Assembly: GCA_963810275.1 (NCBI GenBank)
Contig: CAWENF010000002.1
Location: 96,001-160,000, forward strand
Direction of reading: 5' to 3'
Length of the DNA stretch: 64,000 nt
From: an uncultured archaeon
GTDB lineage: Archaea > Thermoproteota > Bathyarchaeia > Bathyarchaeales > Bathycorpusculaceae
In this document: piece by piece, positions 51,352 to 60,067 of the stretch
Layout of the letters: each line of letters starts with the position of its first letter
Numbering within the stretch: the stretch's first letter is position 1
Program-made: the position numbers and the translations under genes
The notes under the pieces: model-generated
What the model saw: only the letters and a program-made list of their open reading frames with translations
What the model was told of the DNA's origin: nothing
The model's database searches: none

Positions 51352-52740
51352 GTGGGAACCGTTCCTGAAGCCTACTACCAATTCGTCATGGACTATGCGC
51401 CGTATGTTTACGTTATTCCTCCAAACACACCAGATCCAGCATACGGCAGAGGCGTTTTGGCGGCTAGTTTTGCCATCGACTTTCTTTGTGAAGCCTACAA
51501 AGCACCACAGTTCGGGAACAGACGTGGAGACATATATGCTAAAGTTGCGGATTTAGCCGATTGGGTTCTAACCCAGCAATGCCTTGACCCAGAACGTAAG
51601 GCTTTTGGCGGATTCAAAAGTGCAGAAGCCAGCACCTACTATTACAGTGTAGATGCATGCAGAGTCTTGCCGTCACTGCTAAGAGCCTATGAACTTACGG
51701 GCGACTGTAACTATTTGAGTAACGCAAAGCTAGCCGGAGCAAACTTCCTCAAAACAATGCAGGATGAACAAATCTACGGCGGCTTTGCCAGAGCAGTAAC
51801 TATAGAGGACGCCTGGCTTCTGCAGCTGGACGTTGAATGCCTCTATGGCTTAATTGGGTTAAAGATGCTAGCTGAAAAGTACGATGTCGATAACGCTTCA
51901 GTTTATCAGCGCACTATAAGAGAAACAAGCTTTTTGAAAATGGGCTTTGAAAAACTTTGGCTAAGCTTTGACCCTGCCGATGGCAAATGGCATCGAGTGG
52001 GCTTAAATGAGAATGAGGTTTATGATGACCCGTTCGCCTATGCCCTCCTTGGCTTGTATGAGGTTGAAGGATGGAGCGTTAGTTGCCAAAAAGTCTACCA
52101 CGCCCTAAACAGCATCAGGGCGAGTGCGAAATACCCTGCTTATGACCCTGCAATCTGCTGGGCCGGCTACATAGACGTAGTCGGTCGGTTTGCAGCATGC
52201 GACTACTATGACGCTGTGACAAGCGGGATTCTGTGGAAAATTCGCCAAAACCAGGACAAGCCTAGCCTAAAACTTAGCGTTGAAGTCATCGGTAAACATG
52301 TTGAAGAGTTCATGTTTTGGGGCGCCAAACACACAGACTACAGCTACGTCGAGAACAAACAGGCAATGGCGACCGTTTGCTGGCTAGCCGAGTTGTTCCT
52401 CAACTACGAGGAACCTAAAACCCAATTCGCAAGAATTCTAAGCTGTAGAGGCGAAACGGTAACGCTCTATCCTGTCCGGGAAGCCGCTGCTACTGTAACT
52501 TATGGGGAAGCTTTGGATTTGTTGGCTGTTGTTTGTTCACTCAAAGCTGAACAGGTAATGATAGAAGCCGGTTATTACCTAAACGACTACGTAGCCGTCT
52601 ACACGTTTCTGCCTGTACGAGTGCATGATAAGATTAGGCGGCAAGGTGAAGACTTTGAAATCCAAACAGTGACGCCTTTCACGGTTGCGGATCAGCGGTT
52701 CTACTTCAAAAGTATAGCTAGGAGGCTTATTGCGAGTTGA
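51352..52740 (+). CDS. (alpha/alpha)-toroid enzyme-like domain fused to a C-terminal head-closure (stopper)-like domain
   Basis: Helical repeats LADWVLTQQ..GGF and ANFLKTMQ..YGGF; the last ~100 aa (VTLY...AGYY..D...YT..PVR.HDKI...GEDFEIQTV) fit a gp16-like beta-barrel. Confidence 0.55.
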   Translation: MGTVPEAYYQFVMDYAPYVYVIPPNTPDPAYGRGVLAASFAIDFLCEAYKAPQFGNRRGDIYAKVADLADWVLTQQCLDPERKAFGGFKSAEASTYYYSVDACRVLPSLLRAYELTGDCNYLSNAKLAGANFLKTMQDEQIYGGFARAVTIEDAWLLQLDVECLYGLIGLKMLAEKYDVDNASVYQRTIRETSFLKMGFEKLWLSFDPADGKWHRVGLNENEVYDDPFAYALLGLYEVEGWSVSCQKVYHALNSIRASAKYPAYDPAICWAGYIDVVGRFAACDYYDAVTSGILWKIRQNQDKPSLKLSVEVIGKHVEEFMFWGAKHTDYSYVENKQAMATVCWLAELFLNYEEPKTQFARILSCRGETVTLYPVREAAATVTYGEALDLLAVVCSLKAEQVMIEAGYYLNDYVAVYTFLPVRVHDKIRRQGEDFEIQTVTPFTVADQRFYFKSIARRLIAS

Positions 52741-53754
52741 GCGAAGCAGAGAACCCAGTGGTTACCATTTTGAGGCTGATCGAGTGCCAAATTAGAGTTG
52801 TTAAAGACGACGGTGGCTTAGCTAACGTTTTGTGCTCTCAGGCTAATTATGACCGGGAACTGCTCAAAAACTACGATGCCCAAATTACCGTTTCTAAAAC
52901 AGCTGAGCCTTGCATTCAGCAGAAGCATACCTTAGATGGTAAGCTAAGACGGCGCATTTACTCCCTTCGTGCTACAGTAATTGCAGTGGATAAACAAAAT
53001 GTCCGGCGCAGATGTCGGTAGAGTCATGCGAGATAAGGTCCTTGAGCAATTGCTCTTGATTGTTTCTGAGAACCGCAACCTACCCAATAGAACATTGTTC
53101 TATTACTATCCTCTATACGATACCTCTACAACCCACAAAGCGTATGATTCAGCTTCCGAGGTAGAGCCCCAACCTTCAAGCCCCTCCTGGAGTGAACTGG
53201 ATAACATGGCGTATCCTAAGCTTTGGGCAAGCGACAACAACCGGTGCTCAAAGAGCGCAAATGGGCTTAACGAATACGCTTTCATGCTTTTCCGCTTAAA
53301 AATCGCTTCCAAATCAGGGGAAACACGCAATGAACCCCGAAAACAATGCTTAAAGCAAGTTACACTGTCCTTTGAAGGGTATGGAACCGCTCCTTCTGGT
53401 AACGGGGTGACTCTTCAAGTCTGGGATAATTCTTTGGGCGCTTGGAGCAATCCCCAAAATGGAACTGCAGCAGCAGACGAAACCCTAACCCTCTCACTAT
53501 CTGCTAACCTTCCAAACTACGTCAATGACGACGGTCTCCTGTATCTTCTGGCAAAAACAACCAACCCATCCGATGGAGCTTTTCCAGCAGTTTTAAGCTG
53601 CGACTTTGTGCAGGCAACCGTTGACGTGCAAGGCATAACTTTCTGCGATATTCACAGTTACCGAGACGTCGACGTAGTTGACGTTAAGCCGTTTCTCTAC
53701 AAAGAAGAAATCCAACTCGTGGCCTGGCTGTTTGAGTCATTAGCCACCTCATAG
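52737..53754 (+). CDS. Tail terminator-like neck protein with internal insertion; frameshift near 52995
   Basis: ORFs 52737-53021 and 52981-53754 join; lies directly before the tail tube gene. Confidence 0.5.
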
Positions 53755-53771
53755 TCACAGGTGAAAAAAAG

Positions 53772-54636
53772 ATGGTTGACACCTACCACAGCGACCAAGA
53801 AAAATTCTACTACGTTACCGAAGGCTCCTTTGGCGTTGTTCCAGCGGCGCCGGCGATGCTTGGGCACTCATGCAGCAACCTCGACCCAGACATAAATCCA
53901 AACAACATCAAAGTCCCCGGAACCGGCTCAGTTGATCTTGTAGCACTAAAACAGGGGTTTACGGCAGCCAACCCTGCGCCTCAAATACCCAATCCCATCA
54001 GAAGCACCAATTAACTTACTGCAGCATGTCAAGCAGGAGCTAAATAATAGCCTCAGCTTGCAAGTGCTATACTACAAAGACATCTTCGCAACAGCTACCG
54101 ACATCATAAGCCTGCTCTACAAAGGCGCTCGACTCAACAAAGCCACACTAACATGCGACATCGACGGCTTACTTGAGTGCGAAGTCGAGTTTCCATCCCA
54201 AGATGTTGAAGTCACCACAGCCAAAATCGCTAATGCCACTTATACCGATTATGTAGGCGCCGTCTCGAGCAGCGAAAGCTACGTTAAAATCGCTGGCTTG
54301 ACTTGCGAGAGGGTTACTTCTTGGAAGCTGCAGATCGACAACTCATGCAAGCCCGTACCGGTCATAAGGTCAGTCAATGGGAATTTGGCAAAATACCTCA
54401 TTTGGGGCAGACGACTACTGATGGGTGAGTTGACTTTTGAGTTTGAGAGCAAACAAGAAGCTGACGACATCTTAGCAGACACCGAACAATCCAGCCTTGA
54501 ATTCGGGTTAGGCGGCGTCAACAAAGTTAGCGTTGAGCATACCAAATGGGATGACTTCTCGTTGAGCAGCAAGTCCGAGGACCTCATCTACGCTAAGGTT
54601 CTTTTCACAGCTATGGGACCGCTGATCATTTCATAG
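53772..54636 (+). CDS. Major tail tube protein; frameshift near 53955
   Basis: YVTEGSFGVVP N-terminus; VTSWKLQIDN, GRRLLMGELTFEF; GGTGA SD. Confidence 0.7.
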
Positions 54637-54654
54637 TCATGGGAGGAGAAAAAA

Positions 54655-54864
54655 ATGGAAGAAATTAAAGAAAAACAAGAAAATTATCAAGAAGCTGCCT
54701 CGCGCAGTGAATGGCTCAAAACCTGGGAAACAATTGGCGTGCGAATTCTCAAGCTTCCAGGGTGGATGCAAGACATTATGCTTGAAGACATCAAAACTGC
54801 AATCAGAAATCGAATTGTAACCATGGAGATAATCGAAAATGCACACAGAAAAAATAGAGATTGA
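54655..54864 (+). CDS. Small hypothetical viral protein
   Basis: GGAGG SD; 69 aa helical; KLPGWMQDIMLEDI. Confidence 0.6.
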   Translation: MEEIKEKQENYQEAASRSEWLKTWETIGVRILKLPGWMQDIMLEDIKTAIRNRIVTMEIIENAHRKNRD

Positions 54865-55369
54865 CCCCCGATTAGGTAAAGAATACAGCGGCACCTACAC
54901 TTTTGCGGAGATAACGTGGGCAAAACGTAACCGCATCATCCAAAAGTACACCAAATACAACAAGCTCTCTGGCGACGTAGAAAGTAGCGACTTCATAGCC
55001 ATACAAGCAGAAACCATTATGGCCAGCATGCATGGGCAGCCTCAAAGCCACCCCATAACCCTTGAGAAGCTACTTGGCGAAGAAGATGGCATTCCGATTG
55101 AACTGGGGGAACTTTTCTCTAAGGTAGTCAATAAACTGAATGGTATGTCAAGGGAGGATTTGCGTTTTTTACTGGAGCAGTTAGACGAGGAAAGCCGCAC
55201 AATTCTCTTGTCGAGTTTAGGTTATGTCAAACCTTCGGCTGGACACCCAACAGAACTCGCCAAGCAAACATCTAGAACAATCCAGGAGTTCATCCACATC
55301 TTGAACGTAATGGATGAGATGGCTGAGGAAGAGAAACGAAGAACGGAGCGTGAAGCAAGACGGCACTAG
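54839..55369 (+). CDS. Tail assembly chaperone (G/GT pair with -1 slippery site)
   Basis: Lies between the tube and TMP genes; in-frame T TTT TTA at 55165-55171; the -1 frame reads LCQTFGWTP. Confidence 0.65.
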   Translation: MHTEKIEIDPRLGKEYSGTYTFAEITWAKRNRIIQKYTKYNKLSGDVESSDFIAIQAETIMASMHGQPQSHPITLEKLLGEEDGIPIELGELFSKVVNKLNGMSREDLRFLLEQLDEESRTILLSSLGYVKPSAGHPTELAKQTSRTIQEFIHILNVMDEMAEEEKRRTEREARRH

Positions 55370-55730
55370 AAGTAACCTGCGACATCCAAGGCATGGAAGA
55401 GTTCAAAACTGCCATGAAACGGTTTGATTCAGGCATGCAGCGGCAGGTTTACAAGTACTTAGCTAACTGGGCTGCTGATGTTAAAGCAGAAGCCATCGCG
55501 CTTAGTTCCCGTTCGCACAGGTCATCTCCGAAGCACTATCTACGCAAAGATTCAGGAATGGGTTAGCTGAAATCGGCGCTAAAGCTACCTACGCCTTGTT
55601 TGTTGAGCTGGGAACCAAGTACATGCAAGCACAACCTTACCTATACCCAGCAATCGAGCAGTACCTCCCAGAACTTGAAGAGTCATAGTACTTAGCAATT
55701 GAGCAAGCTAAAGCGGAGGCTGGATTATGA
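55360..55730 (+). CDS. HK97 gp10-like tail completion protein (several frameshifts; not in ORF track)
   Basis: Fragments VPVRTGHLRSTI, YALFVELGTKYMQAQPYLYPAIE. Confidence 0.75.
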
Positions 55731-56276
55731 GTTTTCGTGAAATTGCCGTAACTATTAGGGCAGTTAATCGTGCCAGCCACGAATTTGGCGAGAATAAAAA
55801 CTGACGCTGAAGCTCTAAGTGCTCGCATTAAGAGTTTAGGCTCTGCAATATCTGGTCTCGGCGCTTCAGGTATGGCAATCGGCTACATAGCCAATCAGTT
55901 CGGATTACTCGATGACGCTCAAACTAAGGTGTTCAACGGCGCTATGATGGTGGTCACTGTCATGGGCACCTTTATGAATACTAGCCTGGGTGTGGCTGTT
56001 GCCCAGAAAGTCTATTCTGCCGCTTGCTGGGTAGCCACAGCTGCCCAAAATGCTCTAAACATCAGCTACGGGACCTTCTTGGCTTTAACTGGAGTTGGGA
56101 TTGCTGTTATAGCGGCTGCTGCAGTTGCAATGTACAGCTTTGCCAATAGTATGAACACGGCAACAGCGAGTATTCAGAACTTCAACTCCGCGGCTAGCCA
56201 GACACCCACTTTTACACGAGGGATTGTGCGGTCGGGTGATATGGCGATCTATCGTCAAGGAGTTGAGGATACATGA
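55727..56276 (+). CDS. Very short tape-measure-like protein (~180 aa); frameshift near 55785
   Basis: Starts MSFREIAVTIRAVNRAS (TMP-like N-terminus); Ala/Gly-rich amphipathic body; ATAAQNALN and GIAVIAAAAV motifs; position before the hub. Confidence 0.65.
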
Positions 56277-57884
56277 GCGAACCTGCACAGCCAATAATCA
56301 GTTTATACTCTGGGATAACTGGCGGTGCCATTGATCAAGCTGACATTCAGGAGCTAGTCGTGCACTTAGGTGGAACCGAAGAAGTAAGTAGTTTTTCGTA
56401 TCGCCTTCAAAACTGGAACGGCAAATACAGCCCAAGTGGCTCACCGATCGCTTTAGGTGAAGACGGCTACATCATGATGGGTCGAGGCGCCAATTGTCCC
56501 CAGATCATAACCACACGAAACGAGAATATGAAGTTCCAGTCAAACCCTACGGAGCATTATGTTACTGTTTCTGGGCGTGACTGGGGCGAGCGGTTATTCC
56601 GTGAATACGTCACCGAAGGCTATGCTCTCATGAAAGGCGAGGAAATCGTCAAGCATCTTCTGGATTATCATTCGGGTCTGCCTCATGTGAGAAGCGCGGT
56701 TGAGTTGGTTGAAAACACTGATACTACCTTCACTCGTCTGGATTATGAGAATAAGCAGGCTTGGGAAATTCTCAAGCAAATCACTCAGGACAGTGACAAG
56801 GCGGGTGTTATCGGCTATGATTTTAGGGTAGCCCCCGATGGACTCTTTGAGTTTTTCCACAGGGGTGCCAAAACAAGCTCTGTCAGCTTAAGTGAGCGCG
56901 TTGAAGAGGCGGAAACGGAATCTGATATCCTTTCTGTTAGAAACAAAGTCACTATCTACGGTGCTGCCGCCAAAAGCATACCTGTAGATGTTGATGAGAC
57001 GGTCGAAAGTCTCAATCCAGCCAGTGGTTACTGGACAGGATACGCCGGCTCGCTCTCCTTGGACGCAACCAAGGTGTACGCCTCCGCCGCCTCAAGCATC
57101 AAGAACACAACCGGCACCGCTTACGGCGCAGTGAGCATCTTCTACTTTAGTGCAACAGTAAACGGTAACATGTACCCTAAACTGTTCCTTGCCCTGCTGC
57201 GAGATGACCTTGTTAAGTCTGATGGTTTCTTGGTAATCCTGCATGACTCTTCATCACGGGTCTGTGGGCGTAACCTCTCAACCGTCAATAGCGTATCTGC
57301 AAGTAATGATTGGTCAAACTTCCAGCTAGACGTTGGGATCTATCATGCAACAGATTGGGCGGCTCCTATTGACTTTGATTGGGACAACATTCGAACTGTA
57401 ACTGTCACGGCTTATCTGGTTACTGCTGGGCGTTAGCGGTCAAGTGTGGCATGGCCAACTCTATTTCACCGGCGCCAGGTATAGTAATGTGCAAACTGAT
57501 GCCGCAAGCATTGCCAGTTATGGCGAGCGCCAATACGTCGATATCGTCGAGGACCTCTACAGCGACAACGAATGCATGCTTAGAGCCAAATCGATTCTGG
57601 CCTACAAAAAACAAGCTAAAACTTCCTTGGTAGTGAGAAGCAGTGTTCTCGATTATGGCACTTCACCCATTTTGCCCGGCGATATGATTCCGATAACTCT
57701 GCCAAACGAAAGCATCGCCGCCGTAAGCTTCCTCGTCAAAAGTGTGGACCTCCACTTTCGGGCAGAAAACAACACCCTACAAGTTACTCTCAATCTGGGC
57801 TATCAGAAACAACTGATGGCTGACTGGATTTACGCCTTGAGAGCCAGAACAGACGCTCTAAACAACTACAAGGCGAGACGGTGA
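56273..57884 (+). CDS. Baseplate hub/tail-tip protein; frameshift near 57430
   Basis: VTVSGRDWGERL, AWEILKQI, YDFRV, RNKVTIYG; C-terminal part DAASIASYGERQ and ILPGDMI. Confidence 0.7.
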
Positions 57885-58303
57885 CCCAAATGAGTAAACA
57901 AATCCTAAAACAAATGGAAAACATAAAACCCGGCGACCTAATCGCTGTCGACTGGTGCGATGCATCGGTCGGTAAAAGCAGCGGCTCAGGCATGACAATA
58001 GATGTCCCAGTGAAGAGTTGGGGAATATTTGTCAGTTTAATCGGCGATAGGGTTAAGCACATTGTGATTGCACAGAACAGTTTCCGCTATGCCGACGACT
58101 TGTTTGATTTAGACTACACCGCCGTTCCTATCGGTTGGGCACTAGGAGTGACTGTTTTAATCAAAGAGCACATTGTTACCGATTCGGCTAGCCGTCTTGT
58201 TAATAGTTTCATGTTGGGCGGACATCGTTCGATGAATCATCCCAGAATTTTTCGAAGTGCACTTGCACAGCGGAGGTTGAGCAACAATGGCAGACCCCAT
58301 TAA
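57881..58303 (+). CDS. Hypothetical viral protein (SH3/Sm-like, VxWxDA motif)
   Basis: GDLIAVDWCDAS...VKSWG; overlaps both neighbours. Confidence 0.6.
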   Translation: MTQMSKQILKQMENIKPGDLIAVDWCDASVGKSSGSGMTIDVPVKSWGIFVSLIGDRVKHIVIAQNSFRYADDLFDLDYTAVPIGWALGVTVLIKEHIVTDSASRLVNSFMLGGHRSMNHPRIFRSALAQRRLSNNGRPH

Positions 58304-58529
58304 ACATGCTTTGACCCGTCGACGTTTTGAGAGGGGTCGCCTCATCGTTGAGGAGCCTAATGCTAAGTTGGTGTTGGGCGTTAAATTTGCCATCGGAATG
58401 ACTGCGTTTATGTCAGCGCTTGAGATTGCCCACTTAGTCATTTTACATTCATGGAATGCTGAGATATTTGCGTCCATCACAGGACTTAGCGGCTCATTGA
58501 TTGGATTGTTTGTGGGGCAAAAAACATGA
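58287..58529 (+). CDS. Small two-TM protein
   Basis: 80 aa with two hydrophobic helices; GGAGG SD. Confidence 0.55.
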   Translation: MADPIKHALTRRRFERGRLIVEEPNAKLVLGVKFAIGMTAFMSALEIAHLVILHSWNAEIFASITGLSGSLIGLFVGQKT

Positions 58530-59963
58530 GACGACAAAGGGACTTTCGGATAAGGCAATTGCGACCGCACCTACGACAGAGCAGCAGGCAAGTTTACGTT
58601 TGATATCAGTTACGAAACGACAACCAAGCCTACCCCAAGAAGCCTGTTAGTTGCCGAAGCGTTTGGTCTTGGAATAGATGAAACTCAAAAATTCAAAGTT
58701 ATAGATGCTGAAATCAAAATAGGCCCCACAGACATTGTCTACATTACTGGTGATTCTGGATCGGGTAAAAGTGTTTTGTTAAGAGCAATCAGAGCTGACC
58801 TGGGCGAGGAAGCTATCGACCTAAACGAAATAGAAGTGGAGCCGGACAAACCATTAATAGAAACTATAGGCGCGACAGTTGAGCAGGGATTAGAGCTATT
58901 AAGTAAAGCGGGCTTAAACGATGCTTTCCTATTTTTACGCTCTTACTGTCAACTCAGCGACGGCCAAAAATACCGCTACAAAATAGCCAAACTTATAGAG
59001 TCGGGCAAACGATGGGGGCTTTTAGATGAATTCGCTGCAATGCTTGATCGCGATACCGCTAAGGTGATTGCTTATAACTTGCAGAAAATCGCTCGCCAAC
59101 AAGGCAAAGCAGTTATAGCAGCCACTACCCACAGCGATCTGCAAGAGGATCTTAAACCCAGCGTACTTATTCGCAAGCGATTTGGCGAAGAAATCAAGAT
59201 CGACTATTTCCCAAACACCCCCGCAACAGAGTGCAGCTTAACTAAAGAGATGAAAACAGAGGCAGGAACAAAAGAGGATTGGAAAAAACTCAGCACCTTC
59301 CACTATAGAGGACACGGCATCTCTGTGCCTAGAAAAATCTTTCGAATGGTTAGGGACAATGAACTATGTGGCGTTATAGTTTATACCTATCCGCCTCCTG
59401 CATGTTTTGGGCGGCGTCTTGTGCTACCAAGAATGACGATGGGAGAAATCAACAAGAACCTAAGCACTATCAACCGCGTAGTAATTCACCCCAAGTACAG
59501 AACCATAGGTCTTGGCGAGAAGCTAATCCGTGAAACTCTATCATTGGCTGGCACAACCTACGTTGAACTTATTGCGGTCATGGCAAAAATATCACCCTTT
59601 GCTGAGAAAGCAGGAATGAGAAAGGTTATAGAACAAAAATCAGTTGAGAGCACTAAGAAGCTAATCCAGACACTCCAGCAACTAGGCTTCAACTTGCAGC
59701 TTATCGGCAGCCAGCGCTATGTCGAATCAAAACTCGACAACCTCACTGAGGATCAAAAAGAGGAACTCAAAGCTGCCTTCATATCGAACAAACATCCGCG
59801 GTTCAAAAAAGAAGTGGCATCTAACCGCCATAACCCATACGGAAAAACATCCGACTACATAGCATACATAAAAACTGCCGATAACTTGAAACTTGCCAAA
59901 TTGATAAAAATTCTTGCAATGCTATCACAAACTAAAGCATATCTGTTATGGAGAAAAGACTAA
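58526..59963 (+). CDS. ABC-type ATPase fused to a GNAT acetyltransferase; frameshift near 58565
   Basis: Walker A GDSGSGKS just upstream of and in frame with ORF 58776; LSDGQK, LLDEF, ATTH; GNAT FHYRG and RVVIHPKYRTIGLG. Confidence 0.85.
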
Positions 59964-60067
59964 GTAGTCAAAGCAGTGAAAAGGAAAACAACTTTTTAAA
60001 ACATGATTCAATTTGTTGTCCTCGTTCAGGATACAAACAAAGATTGACCTCTTCTGGAATTCACTCG

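Larger units (their letters stand above)
46613..59963 (+). mobile_element. Caudoviricetes-type head-tail morphogenesis module (provirus remnant or GTA-like)
   Basis: Co-oriented, tightly overlapping protease, decoration, MCP, portal, neck, tail tube, chaperone, TMP and hub genes; no integrase or att site seen. Confidence 0.85.
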
